A stretch of DNA of 59,545 nt, counting the filler. It is 5 parts of 5 records of this genome, joined end to end, with 100 filler letters (N's around TTAATTAATTAA, not from the genome) between each part and the next. Parts side by side here need not be neighbours in the genome. Positions count along the whole stretch, not along the records: positions 32,449 to 44,993 come from SRR31156797_5262; positions 45,094 to 53,942 come from SRR31156797_5268; 3 more parts are not named here. One strand, given 5' to 3'. Made by a program: the position numbers and the translations under genes. Below the pieces are notes generated by a model. It was not told the origin of the DNA and did no database searches. It was given only the letters and a program-made list of their open reading frames with translations. Below, one piece after another: positions 40,542-49,933 of the stretch (positions are counted from its first letter, which is position 1; the number at the start of each line of letters is the position of its first letter).

Positions 40542-41318
40542 ATGATGAAAAGATACACTCGAATTGCCCTGTCCCTTACTCTGGCAGCACTTCCCCTTAT
40601 GGGTTGTGGCGTCGCAACACAAAACATCCCAGTGTCCAGCAACCCCAGTGGTGCACAGGTTTTTGCCGACGGCATGCAAACATGTACCACTCCATGTTCC
40701 GTAGAACTGGAAAAGACTCAGGCACACATCCTTACTTTGAAGAAACCCGGTTACAAACAGGCCGATGTCCAAATATCTCAAAAATACGACACAGGCGGCG
40801 TGACGCGTGATGCCGTCCAGTCTGGCATGTCCAGTTCATCCATGGGCAGTTCTGTCCAAGGTTCTATTGCAGGTGCTCTCATTACTGCAGAACAGGATGA
40901 GGCAAGCGGTAATGCATATGTCCTGACTCCAAGCTCTGTCGTCGTTTCTTTGGTCCCAGAGAACGGGACGGCTCCTGCCGCTGCTACCACACAATCTCAA
41001 CAGGCAACGGTAAAGACAACGGAACCGGCTACCATCGGTTCCGCCATTGAAGCTGACCCGGCAGGTGTTGGCGAAGAGGTCCTCAAAGAAGCCGCCATTG
41101 CTGCACCAACAGTTGGCACTGAAAAGGAAGTAAGCCATCATTCGCATACTTCCACTCATTACAACAAAGATGGATCTATGTCGCAGCATTCCTCCTCCAG
41201 TTCCACCAGCGTGGGTGTTCATGTGAACCCCGTCGCAGCCGGATTGGATGCTCTCGAATTTCTGGAAGGCGCTGAGAAGAAGCACGAAGCAGAAGAGGCT
41301 ACTGACAGCGCACAATAA
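40542..41318 (+). CDS. PEGA-domain lipoprotein with a Ser/His-rich C-terminal extension
   Basis: Lipobox LMGC; IPVSSNPSGAQVFADG..TCTTPCSVEL...LTLKKPGY. Confidence 0.82.
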   Translation: MMKRYTRIALSLTLAALPLMGCGVATQNIPVSSNPSGAQVFADGMQTCTTPCSVELEKTQAHILTLKKPGYKQADVQISQKYDTGGVTRDAVQSGMSSSSMGSSVQGSIAGALITAEQDEASGNAYVLTPSSVVVSLVPENGTAPAAATTQSQQATVKTTEPATIGSAIEADPAGVGEEVLKEAAIAAPTVGTEKEVSHHSHTSTHYNKDGSMSQHSSSSSTSVGVHVNPVAAGLDALEFLEGAEKKHEAEEATDSAQ

Positions 41319-41340
41319 AAAAAATTAATCAATATCAAGG

Positions 41341-41375
41341 GAAAGCCCTGCTTCGGCAGGGCTTTCTTTTTTTTT
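41341..41375 (+). terminator. Rho-independent terminator
   Basis: GAAAGCCCTGC-TTCG-GCAGGGCTTTC followed by a T9 tract. Confidence 0.88.
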
Positions 41376-41514
41376 GGCATCGTGGGTGACACTGGCCGCA
41401 ATCATCTGATAATGTTTGTCCTACTCCTATGGAATTGCAACAGTAACAATGGACACCGTCAAAGCCGATTGACGGTATGCAGAAACGACACCTCGGCGAC
41501 GCGATGGAGGCAAT

Positions 41515-42405
41515 ATGTTCAAGAAAATACTTTTGGCAGTGACCCCTCAGATCGATACACAAACCGCACCCAAAGCGGCCTTTGATCTTGCCCGAAAACG
41601 CGGGGCTGAATTGATTCTGTTCCACGCCCTTCCTCTGGGCAAAGACGCATGGTGTTCCTTTGAGGAAACCATCCCGGAAAAGGAACTCATTGAATCCACT
41701 CGAAACAAGATCGCCGAGTATTATGCCAAAGATCTCAAAGATATTCCCAACCACTCCATCAGGGTGGTTGCCGGCACCGTGGACGAACAGCTTCTCAAAA
41801 TCATCCATTCGGAAGGCATAGACCTTATCGTCATGGGACATCACACTTCAGGCATGCACCGACCTGATCGCATGTGGGGAGTGGTGGACACCTCCATCCG
41901 CAAGGTTTGCGCCAACGTTTTCTGCCCTGTCATGGTCGTAACCAATGAAATGCCCAAAGGGGCGGACATCAAGCGTATCCTCATGGCAACCGACTTCTCG
42001 ACACCATCGGATTCAGCACTCTGTTATGCGACACAGCTGGCGCGAACCAATGGCGCGCATTTGGACATCTTCCATGTACTTGACGTGGGTCAGACCCGCC
42101 CCACCCCGAAATACTACATGCAGAAAATGGAAATATTCATCGACAAAGCCATAGAACGCATGAAGAAACGGTACGCCAAAGCCCTTGATGGAATCAGCCA
42201 CACTTACCACTGCTGGGAAGGCGTCCCGTACACGGAGATTCTCAAACAGGCACGGTGGGATGAATCCGATATCATTATCATGGCGCAATATTCCTCCAGC
42301 GAGGAACCAGCGCAACCTTCAATCGGGTCCACAACTATTCAGGTAGCACTGTCTCCCGGATGCCCGGCCATTATCGTCAATTATCGCGCCAGAGTGTGCA
42401 TGTAA
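41515..42405 (+). CDS. tandem-domain universal stress protein
   Basis: MFKKILLAV...DLIVMG...CPVMVV; second domain IKRILMATDFS...DIIIMA...IGST..QVA...CPAIIV. Confidence 0.92.
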   Translation: MFKKILLAVTPQIDTQTAPKAAFDLARKRGAELILFHALPLGKDAWCSFEETIPEKELIESTRNKIAEYYAKDLKDIPNHSIRVVAGTVDEQLLKIIHSEGIDLIVMGHHTSGMHRPDRMWGVVDTSIRKVCANVFCPVMVVTNEMPKGADIKRILMATDFSTPSDSALCYATQLARTNGAHLDIFHVLDVGQTRPTPKYYMQKMEIFIDKAIERMKKRYAKALDGISHTYHCWEGVPYTEILKQARWDESDIIIMAQYSSSEEPAQPSIGSTTIQVALSPGCPAIIVNYRARVCM

Positions 42406-42415
42406 CGGGGAAAAG

Positions 42416-42820
42416 ATGAAAACACTTGGCATCATTTCGGCCTTGGCCTGCCTGTATATGCTGGCTGCCTGCGGCCCACCCAAACAAAAAATACCTGTCA
42501 GCACCGACCCCATCGGTGCTGACGTGTATGCCGATGGCAAAAAAACATGCACCAGTCCCTGTTCAGTCAATCTCGACAAACAAGGGGATCATCTCATCAC
42601 CATTGTCAAGGAAGGGTACGCGCAGGAAGAAATCATCATCCGCCGACAATTCAAACCGGATCGTGCCATACGTGACGGTGTAATCTCCGGCATCATTAAA
42701 GGCGGTGACCCCAAGGATGTGGCCGGAGAAACAGCCAAGGAAATTGACGAACAGGAACGATCCGGCGAGGCGTACGAGTTGAAACCGTCTATCGTCATCA
42801 TCGAGTTGCACAAAAAATAG
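42416..42820 (+). CDS. PEGA-domain lipoprotein
   Basis: Lipobox LAAC; IPVSTDPIGADVYADG..TCTSPCSVNL...ITIVKEGY. Confidence 0.85.
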   Translation: MKTLGIISALACLYMLAACGPPKQKIPVSTDPIGADVYADGKKTCTSPCSVNLDKQGDHLITIVKEGYAQEEIIIRRQFKPDRAIRDGVISGIIKGGDPKDVAGETAKEIDEQERSGEAYELKPSIVIIELHKK

Positions 42821-42884
42821 ATTTTCATATATACAACGATTAGGCTTCAACCTTTTACTGGAGGGGCATACGCCAATCGTTGTC

Positions 42885-43892
42885 ATGCATATATTCAAAA
42901 CCATAAAAGATGCATCCAAATACGACTACATAGTCACGCCTTTTCCCGAACGGATAGGCGAATGGCTCAAACTGCCTTATACAGCGGCATGGTTGCTCAT
43001 TTTTTCAGTCTTTCTCAGTATTCGACTCTTCACAATCTTCAGTAACGGGGAACCGCTCATCACGGCTATCCCGAGTACTGGTTTTATTTTTCTTCCCTGC
43101 GCCCTCGGCATTCTCATCGTCAGCTACTCGAAACTCCTTGAGCAGTTTACCCCTATCATGTCCGAATTACTCAATTGTTCAACCAAACAGGCCGCTTTGG
43201 ACTTTGAAGATGAAATCAGAAAAATTTTCAATGACAAATGGATGATCACTGCAGGCCTTGCCTTCATGCTCCTTTTCGTTCCCATCGTCAGACATGGTGG
43301 ATTTTATCCAACAGCACTGACATCTCAAATAGCCTTTCTTCTCAATATGGCATTCATGGGGTTTATGGGAGGAGCGATGCTCACCGTCATGGTAAAAATT
43401 GTCATCATGGTGTGGAAAATCGGCCATTCGGGAGTCTTGAAAATTCAACTTTTCTGCCACCCTCACGTTAGTATAAATTCTGTAGGCACACTGTTGGGGA
43501 AAATTTCAATAAGCCTGATGATAGTATATTTCTTCACTGTTCTCAGCATGATACCCGTTCATATTGACAAGCTTACATTATCAATAACAATTACATTCGC
43601 AATCGTTGTGGTCGCATTTTTCATTATTCCACAAATCAAAATTCACCAAATCATGGTCGCCAACAAATACGGCAAAGTATCCATGCTTTCGGAACTGGTT
43701 GAAAAGGCTCTCGACAAAGTAAAGGAATCACCGACTCAGGAAAACATCTCCCAAATTCAACAATTATTCGACATCCATAAAAGCCTGAATGAAATCAGAG
43801 AATGGCCGTTCAATCTGCAACTTCTGCTGTCTGTAATCGGATCGGTGATTATTCCGCTCATTGTTTGTTTCCTCACTTTTTGTAATAATTAA
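42885..43892 (+). CDS. hypothetical polytopic membrane protein
   Basis: About 7 hydrophobic segments; C-terminal EWPFN motif followed by a TM helix. Confidence 0.75.
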   Translation: MHIFKTIKDASKYDYIVTPFPERIGEWLKLPYTAAWLLIFSVFLSIRLFTIFSNGEPLITAIPSTGFIFLPCALGILIVSYSKLLEQFTPIMSELLNCSTKQAALDFEDEIRKIFNDKWMITAGLAFMLLFVPIVRHGGFYPTALTSQIAFLLNMAFMGFMGGAMLTVMVKIVIMVWKIGHSGVLKIQLFCHPHVSINSVGTLLGKISISLMIVYFFTVLSMIPVHIDKLTLSITITFAIVVVAFFIIPQIKIHQIMVANKYGKVSMLSELVEKALDKVKESPTQENISQIQQLFDIHKSLNEIREWPFNLQLLLSVIGSVIIPLIVCFLTFCNN

Positions 43893-43943
43893 TCGTTGAC
43901 CCACCAACGGGTCCCGATAAACCACAAGAAGTGAACATCACCA

Positions 43944-44435
43944 ATGCGACGCAACCGGAGAAAATACAACGAGTACACTCCCAAGGCTGGTCCGAAAAAG
44001 ACGAGCGATCTGATGCCGCGCTTTCTGGACAAGCTCGACACCACGGGTGGAGCCGCTCTGGTCAGGTTGTGGCGTGCGTGGGATGACATCATGGGAGAGA
44101 TGGCCCCCATGGCCCGCCCTCTCGGTCATCGAGGGACTAAAATCATCCTCGCAGCAGGGGACCCCATCATCATGCAGGAAGCCCAATATCTGGCTCCGAT
44201 GTTGCTCCAAAAAATAAACGCATTTCTGGGCGAAGAAGTCTTTGACAAAGTCGTATTTGAACTGCTAAACGGCAGAGTTCCTTTGGACGAAGATATTCGG
44301 CCGGAGGCTCCCGAGCCTCCGAGGAAACTTAAAAGACCTAAGAATTTAGGTCGATTAAAAGATGAGCTAGACCCGAACTCCCCTGTGGGGAGATGTTACC
44401 GGGCCTACCGGCGAATGTTTGACGATTCAGAATAA
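43944..44435 (+). CDS. DUF721 / DciA-like protein
   Basis: LVRLWRAWDDIMGEMAPMARP..., MQEAQYLAPMLLQKINAFLGEE resembles DUF721. Confidence 0.75.
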   Translation: MRRNRRKYNEYTPKAGPKKTSDLMPRFLDKLDTTGGAALVRLWRAWDDIMGEMAPMARPLGHRGTKIILAAGDPIIMQEAQYLAPMLLQKINAFLGEEVFDKVVFELLNGRVPLDEDIRPEAPEPPRKLKRPKNLGRLKDELDPNSPVGRCYRAYRRMFDDSE

Positions 44436-44469
44436 CATTTCGCCTCAGTACATTTTTAAGGAGTACACC

Positions 44470-44820
44470 ATGAGTGAAGAAGTAAAAGAAATTTCTTTTG
44501 ACGAGCTTGGCCTGACCAAGCCCCTGGAAAAAATGACCGCAAAAGAGCTGCGTGCTCTGTGCGTGGCCAAGCTTCCCATGATTACCGGCGCATCCGGTAA
44601 AGACAAGGACGCTTTGGTTCAGGAAATCAAGGATGTCTTCGGTATCGTCGAAGAAGAACAGGTTTCCCCTTACAAGAAGCAGATTGCCGAAATCAAAAAG
44701 CAGATCAGAACCCTTCGTGTTGAAAAAGAGGCCATGGAAGATCGCGCCAAACGTGATTACATTCGCCGCAAAATCAACAAGCTGAAGAAACGTACTCGCA
44801 AACTTGCCCGCGCAATCTAA
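44470..44820 (+). CDS. hypothetical protein with a Rho-N-like helical motif and a basic coiled-coil
   Basis: AAGGAG RBS; LEKMTAKELRAL...ITGASGKDKDALVQEIK; C-terminal RRKINKLKKRTRKLAR. Confidence 0.8.
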   Translation: MSEEVKEISFDELGLTKPLEKMTAKELRALCVAKLPMITGASGKDKDALVQEIKDVFGIVEEEQVSPYKKQIAEIKKQIRTLRVEKEAMEDRAKRDYIRRKINKLKKRTRKLARAI

Positions 44821-44838
44821 AAAAAAGCAAAAAAGAAG

Positions 44839-44867
44839 TTGACATTACGGGGCCTAGCTCTTAAATC
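44839..44867 (+). promoter_or_regulatory. putative sigma70 promoter of the tRNA operon
   Basis: A-rich UP-like tract, TTGACA (44839-44844), 17-nt spacer, TAAATC. Confidence 0.6.
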
Positions 44868-44880
44868 ATCTTCTCGCTGC

Positions 44881-44955
44881 TGGGCTGTCGTTCAATTGGC
44901 AGGACGACGGGTTCTGGCTCCGTTAATCAAGGTTCGAGTCCTTGCAGCCCAGCCA
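44881..44955 (+). tRNA. tRNA-Gln(CTG)
   Basis: Acceptor TGGGCTG/CAGCCCA-GCCA; anticodon arm ACGGG-TTCTGGC-TCCGT; T-loop GGTTCGAGTCC. Confidence 0.95.
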
Positions 44956-44966
44956 ATTAAATATGC

Positions 44967-44993
44967 GTCCCCATCGTCTAGCCTGGTCCAGGA
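44967..44993 (+). tRNA. 5' fragment of a tRNA, probably tRNA-Glu, cut by the contig end
   Basis: GTCCCCATCGTCTAGCCTGGTCCAGGA resembles the acceptor/D-arm of bacterial tRNA-Glu; the anticodon is not visible. Confidence 0.7.
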
Positions 44994-45093
44994 NNNNNNN
45001 NNNNNNNNNNNNNNNNNNNNNNNNNNNNNNNNNNNNNTTAATTAATTAANNNNNNNNNNNNNNNNNNNNNNNNNNNNNNNNNNNNNNNNNNNN
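44994..45093. other. artificial contig spacer
   Basis: N44-TTAATTAATTAA-N44. Confidence 0.99.
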
Positions 45094-45127
45094 CTAAGGG
45101 GGAGATTTAGAGGGGGTGGTTTTTATT

Positions 45128-46189
45128 CTAAAAATCCATTTCCAATTCTACTTCTTGATTTCCTTCATTCGTACTATTTCCTGCTTGTTCATCAACTGTT
45201 TTCTTCATAGCATTTACCATTATAGCAGTTGTTAATGCTCCCAGAACTGTTCCTATTACATAGAATATCTTACCATCAACAACCGGTAATACTATCCATC
45301 CACCCCAAGGAGCGTGATTCATTACATTCATTACAAATCCAAATATATTTCCTACAATTCCACCTAATACGATAGATGGTAATACTCTTAACGGATCTGA
45401 TGCTGCAAATGGTATTGCACCTTCACTGATTCCGATCATACCCATTAGGATAGCAGCTTTACCGGCTTCTTTCTCTTCTGACGTATATTTCTTAGGTGAT
45501 AAGAATGTTGCCAGTCCCATTCCGATTGGTGGAGTACAGATAGCTATTCCAACTCCTCCCATTAACCATGGATGTTCTCCAACTTGTGTCTGTGCAAATA
45601 GTGTTGCTACTTTGTTAATAGGTCCTCCCATATCAAATGCAGTCATTCCACCTAAAATAGCACCAAGTACAACTTTTCCACTATCCTGCATAGAATTAAG
45701 CCATGAGTTAAGGAAATTCATCATATTTGCAATAGGGATACCGATTCCCCACATAACTACTCCACAAACGATAAAAGTTCCGAATAGCGGGAATATGAAA
45801 ATAGTTGAGAGAGATCTCATGCTAGACGGCAGTTTAATCTTTTTAAGCATGTTAATTACATATCCCGCTAAGAAACCAACAATAATTGCGCCAATAAATC
45901 CGGTTTTGTAGTTCTGAACTGCAATCCATGAACCAATCATCCCAGGTGCCAATCCAGGCTTATCAGCTATTGAATAGGCAATATATCCACCTAGTACAGT
46001 TGTAAATAATGTCAATCCTGCAATTCCCATATCTGAGATATCTCTCAGGATTCCGCTTTCAGGTACGGCACCTTTTCCACTAATCATAACAGCTAATGAT
46101 AACAGTACTCCTCCAGCCACGATGAATGGTATCATGTGACTAGTTCCAAATAACAGGTTCTTTCTCAGGTCTAATAATTTTTGTTTCAT
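45128..46189 (-). CDS. PTS fructose-family EIIC component
   Basis: GTSHMIPFIVAGG, YIAYSIADKPGLAPG, AFDMGGPINK, GISEGAIPFA. Confidence 0.94.
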   Translation of the reverse strand: MKQKLLDLRKNLLFGTSHMIPFIVAGGVLLSLAVMISGKGAVPESGILRDISDMGIAGLTLFTTVLGGYIAYSIADKPGLAPGMIGSWIAVQNYKTGFIGAIIVGFLAGYVINMLKKIKLPSSMRSLSTIFIFPLFGTFIVCGVVMWGIGIPIANMMNFLNSWLNSMQDSGKVVLGAILGGMTAFDMGGPINKVATLFAQTQVGEHPWLMGGVGIAICTPPIGMGLATFLSPKKYTSEEKEAGKAAILMGMIGISEGAIPFAASDPLRVLPSIVLGGIVGNIFGFVMNVMNHAPWGGWIVLPVVDGKIFYVIGTVLGALTTAIMVNAMKKTVDEQAGNSTNEGNQEVELEMDF

Positions 46190-46220
46190 AATTCTTCAAC
46201 ACCTCTTTCTTAAATTTATT

Positions 46221-46670
46221 TTATGAGTTTATCAAACTTACAACTTCATCCTTAGTTTCTGCCATTGTTAATCTGTCCCTGAAATCATCATCTAGTATTT
46301 TTTTTGATAAATCTACTAAGACATTAATATGACCACTTCCAGCTTCACTTTCAGGGATAGCCAGCATAAACACATACTTTGCAAACTCCTCTTCATCATC
46401 GTCGTCTCCCCAAATTACACTGTTTGATAGTCTTGCAAAAGCGATAGCAGGTTTTTTTACAGCTTTACTTTTACCATGAGGTAATCCGAAATCATAACCT
46501 ACAGCTGTTGCTCCACTTTCTTCTCTGGCAAAAAGTGCTGCTTCGAAATCCTGATAGTTTTCAACCACTCCTCTGTCAGCAATTAGTCTTGCCATTTTCT
46601 TAATTACATCATCTTTGTTTTCGATAATTTCATCCAAAATTACCAATGTTTCATCAATTAGTCCTTTCAT
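46221..46670 (-). CDS. PTS fructose-family EIIA component
   Basis: ARE...TAVGYDFGLPHGKS phospho-His motif, FMLAIP, HINVL. Confidence 0.92.
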   Translation of the reverse strand: MKGLIDETLVILDEIIENKDDVIKKMARLIADRGVVENYQDFEAALFAREESGATAVGYDFGLPHGKSKAVKKPAIAFARLSNSVIWGDDDDEEEFAKYVFMLAIPESEAGSGHINVLVDLSKKILDDDFRDRLTMAETKDEVVSLINS

Positions 46671-48723
46671 ATTCCAATATCTCCTTTATAATTTTGTATA
46701 TTTCATTATTCGTATTGCAGTCTTTCATTTTTTGTATAAAATTCTCACTATCAAGTACTTCCATAAGTTCCAGTAGTCCTTCTAAGTGTTCTCTTTTGTC
46801 TTTACTTGACAGAGTAATTATTATGTTTATATTTTCATTTTCAGGAAACTCTATTGCTTCATCAAGTACAAGTAAGCTAAATCCTGTCTTATTAACGTTG
46901 GAGATATCTCGTGCATGTGCCAGAAATACTCCGTTTCTTATAGTCATATAGTTCCCGTATTTTTCTACCAAGAGATAAATTTCATCAAGATACTCTTTAT
47001 TTATATAATCATCTTGTATTAACATATGCGAGCTTAGTTTCACAGCATCTTCCCATGATTTAACTTTTTCTAGTTTTTTGATTCTTTTACTCTCAAGCAT
47101 CTGAAGTAAATCAGGGAATACTACTTGTGCAATATCATCGATAATCTCAGACCCAAACTTATCTTTGAGCATTTTAGCAAAATTTCGTTCATCTAAATCA
47201 GAACTGTTTTGCTTTGCAATCTCTAGTATTTCAGAGAGAGAGATTTTTTTATTGATAAGTTTTAATCCGTAGTTAGACAGATTTTCCAGATCAATTTTGC
47301 TCAGTATCGGTGAAACGGTGATAACTTTATGCTCCGGTATATTCTCTATTTTCTTAAGAGTTGTGATTATCAGATCTATCTGCTCACAATTTTTGTATTT
47401 AGAAAACTCATTATACGGAATTACATCAATAACATTTACAGAGAAACGCTCAACTATGTTTTTCTCCAGAAATCTGGAAGTACTATAGCCAGAGCCACAA
47501 ACGATGAGTATATTTTTTACACTTTTATTTCTCTGTCTCTCTATTGCCAGATAGAAGTGCATAGCAATATATGAAACTTCTTCATCCGGGAAGACAAGAT
47601 CAGGCTTTTCCAGAAATTTAATTCCCTTTTCTATAATATTAAGTACTTTTGGATAAGTTTTTTTAAACTCGTCATACATTAGGGTTTCGAGTGAAATATT
47701 ATTTTGAATTCTGAAAATAGCAGGTTTTATATGATTGATCAATCCGTCTATAAGTGTTTTGTCATTTTGAATTCCGTCATATTCATTCGCTACTAACTGA
47801 ATCAGTTTGGTTACAAATGCCTCTACTTCAAACCACTCTCTATACATAAATGTATTAAATTTATAGGTTCTGCTTCCAAATAGATACTCTGTTATGTTGC
47901 AAAGTTCTGAGTTAGAAAATTGGTATTTATATAAAATCTCTTTTATTATCTGAAACTCTTCACTCTCTATTAGGAATTTATTACTCTCCTGAAGCTCTAT
48001 TGCATAGTTGTCTTTTCTTTTGAGAGTTATGAGAATATAGAAAAATATATTTTTAAAGTCATCGTCTGATATTTTTCTGCTTGTTCTCTCAAGCATCATT
48101 TTTAAACTGCTAAAGATCTCTTTTGCTTCATTTTGATCAAAGAAAACATCCATTTCATCCCAGAGAAGAAAAAAACTGTTAGAGTATTGCTTTTTTATTT
48201 TTACTGATTTCTCACTATATTCCAGAGCATAATGTCTGGAAAAAAGCTCTAAAATTATTTTTCGTAAACTGGCTTCATTACCTACTATCTTTAGACCTTT
48301 ATTATTAATGTTTTCAAGTTTTAGATCAAATTCGTTTAACTTATTTTTGATTCTCTTCAGATCATTTTTCAGAGTTACATTAGTTACCTGCAAACTCTCA
48401 CTAATCTCATCTATAGTAATATTCTCATCACGAAAGAGGTAATAACTAAGGATTATTTCCTCTCGCTCCTCTTTTGAAAAAGAATATATATATAGATTTT
48501 CTCTAATCTTCTGCATCAACTCTTCAAATTGTATCGAGAAATAGAGCATCTTTTTTTTGATAAGTATCTCCGGAAACGAGAGTTGTTTAAGATAATAATT
48601 ACAATCATTTATCTTATACCTCAGGCTCCTTTCACCCACGCCGACCAGATTAGAAACTTCGCTGAGTGATATTGGATTATTCAATGTGATGTTTTTGATT
48701 AAACTCATACAATCACTATTCAT
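46654..48723 (-). CDS. BglG/MtlR-type PRD-domain transcriptional regulator with EIIB and EIIA domains
   Basis: N-terminal HTH/Mga domains; PRD (LINHIKPA...EEVSYIAMHF); EIIB-like IVCGSGYSTS; EIIA-like VFLAHAR. Confidence 0.9.
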   Translation of the reverse strand: MNSDCMSLIKNITLNNPISLSEVSNLVGVGERSLRYKINDCNYYLKQLSFPEILIKKKMLYFSIQFEELMQKIRENLYIYSFSKEEREEIILSYYLFRDENITIDEISESLQVTNVTLKNDLKRIKNKLNEFDLKLENINNKGLKIVGNEASLRKIILELFSRHYALEYSEKSVKIKKQYSNSFFLLWDEMDVFFDQNEAKEIFSSLKMMLERTSRKISDDDFKNIFFYILITLKRKDNYAIELQESNKFLIESEEFQIIKEILYKYQFSNSELCNITEYLFGSRTYKFNTFMYREWFEVEAFVTKLIQLVANEYDGIQNDKTLIDGLINHIKPAIFRIQNNISLETLMYDEFKKTYPKVLNIIEKGIKFLEKPDLVFPDEEVSYIAMHFYLAIERQRNKSVKNILIVCGSGYSTSRFLEKNIVERFSVNVIDVIPYNEFSKYKNCEQIDLIITTLKKIENIPEHKVITVSPILSKIDLENLSNYGLKLINKKISLSEILEIAKQNSSDLDERNFAKMLKDKFGSEIIDDIAQVVFPDLLQMLESKRIKKLEKVKSWEDAVKLSSHMLIQDDYINKEYLDEIYLLVEKYGNYMTIRNGVFLAHARDISNVNKTGFSLLVLDEAIEFPENENINIIITLSSKDKREHLEGLLELMEVLDSENFIQKMKDCNTNNEIYKIIKEILEYERTN

Positions 48724-48759
48724 TTAATTTACCTCTTTCTAATTAAAGCTAATTTCTAA

Positions 48760-49644
48760 TTATTTAGTGATATAATTTACATCTACTACAATTCGTTTAT
48801 CAACTTCTGCTCCTTCGATTGCTTCTATTGCTGTTTTTACCGCTATATAACCCATCTCTATGGGATTTTGCTCTATTGCTCCGTTTATTGCTCCTTCTTC
48901 AATTAGTTTTAGAATCTCCGGACTTGTATCAAATCCTATCATTTTAATTTTTCCGACAAGCCCTAATGAATCCAATATTCTAACTACTCCTATTGTAGAT
49001 GATTCATTTGGTGCAAAGATACCGTCAATATCTTGATTTTCAGTTAGAAACGATTTTAAACCTCTGAAAGCTGAGCCTACAGTTGCACCTGCATATTTAT
49101 CATATGAGATTGTAAGTCCCTTCTCTTTCATTGCTTCTTCAAATCCAGCTTCTCTTTCATCTGTAGATGAAGTTCCTTTGTTATATCTAACTAAAAATAT
49201 TTTGCTGTCTTTGTTCATTAGTTTTGCTAATTCTTTACCGGCTTGTTTACCTGCCATGTAATTATCTGTTGCAACGAAACTATCATATGTGTTACCACTA
49301 ACTGCTGAATCTATGATAATTACTTTTACTCCTTTTGCTTCAGCTAATTCCACATATTTTTTCAGTTCTTCTTTTTGTGTCGGTGCAAGAACAATCGCAT
49401 CAACTTTTTCATTTATATACTTGGTAACGATTGCGATTTGAGATTCTGTATGATCATCGTGTCTAGGACCTCTAAATATTATCTCAGCGCCGTATTCGTT
49501 TCCGGCTCTTTTCGCACCTTTACCAACTGATTTCCAATGCTCGTGACTCATTCCCTTAGGAATTACTGCTATTCGATAATTATTCGCCAAACTAAGTGTT
49601 GATACCATAATAACTAAAATAACTTTTAATAATAATTTTTTCAT
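48760..49644 (-). CDS. sugar ABC transporter substrate-binding protein (RbsB/LacI-type periplasmic fold)
   Basis: Signal peptide; IAVIPKG..HEHWKSV..GA, VATDNYMAG, ERE.GF, IGFD, QNPIEMGY. Confidence 0.9.
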   Translation of the reverse strand: MKKLLLKVILVIMVSTLSLANNYRIAVIPKGMSHEHWKSVGKGAKRAGNEYGAEIIFRGPRHDDHTESQIAIVTKYINEKVDAIVLAPTQKEELKKYVELAEAKGVKVIIIDSAVSGNTYDSFVATDNYMAGKQAGKELAKLMNKDSKIFLVRYNKGTSSTDEREAGFEEAMKEKGLTISYDKYAGATVGSAFRGLKSFLTENQDIDGIFAPNESSTIGVVRILDSLGLVGKIKMIGFDTSPEILKLIEEGAINGAIEQNPIEMGYIAVKTAIEAIEGAEVDKRIVVDVNYITK

Positions 49645-49864
49645 TTTTTTCTCCTTTTTTATTTAAAACAACTTTATCAATCAAACAATTCATCAATACG
49701 TTAATTAATATTTATGAAAGAAGATTTTAGTTGTTCGTATTTAGATAATAATTTTCTTTGCTCATCTTACAATCAAATTATACTTAATCGAGATCTTTCA
49801 TACAAGTAAAAAGCTTTTCATCTTTTTTTTGAACACATTTTTATATTCTCTTGTTTTAAAAAAA

Positions 49865-49900
49865 TAAAAGAGCAGATTGAAAAATTCAAAATGCTCTTTC
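49865..49900 (-). terminator. possible terminator after the nitroreductase gene
   Basis: AAAAGAGCA...TGCTCTTT imperfect hairpin next to an A tract. Confidence 0.45.
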
Positions 49901-49933
49901 ATAAAAATAAGTTGTAATGATTTTAGTAATTCC

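Noticed and set aside
44881-44993. Idea that the tRNAs ending contig C join the tRNA-Gln fragment starting contig A
   Set aside because: The two Gln tRNAs are different isoacceptors (CTG and TTG) with different sequences and there is no overlap. Adjacency cannot be shown.
45094-45127. G-rich CTAAGGGGGAGATTTAGAGGGGGT at the start of contig D as a possible REP-like arm
   Set aside because: Single truncated copy; repetition cannot be shown within the window.
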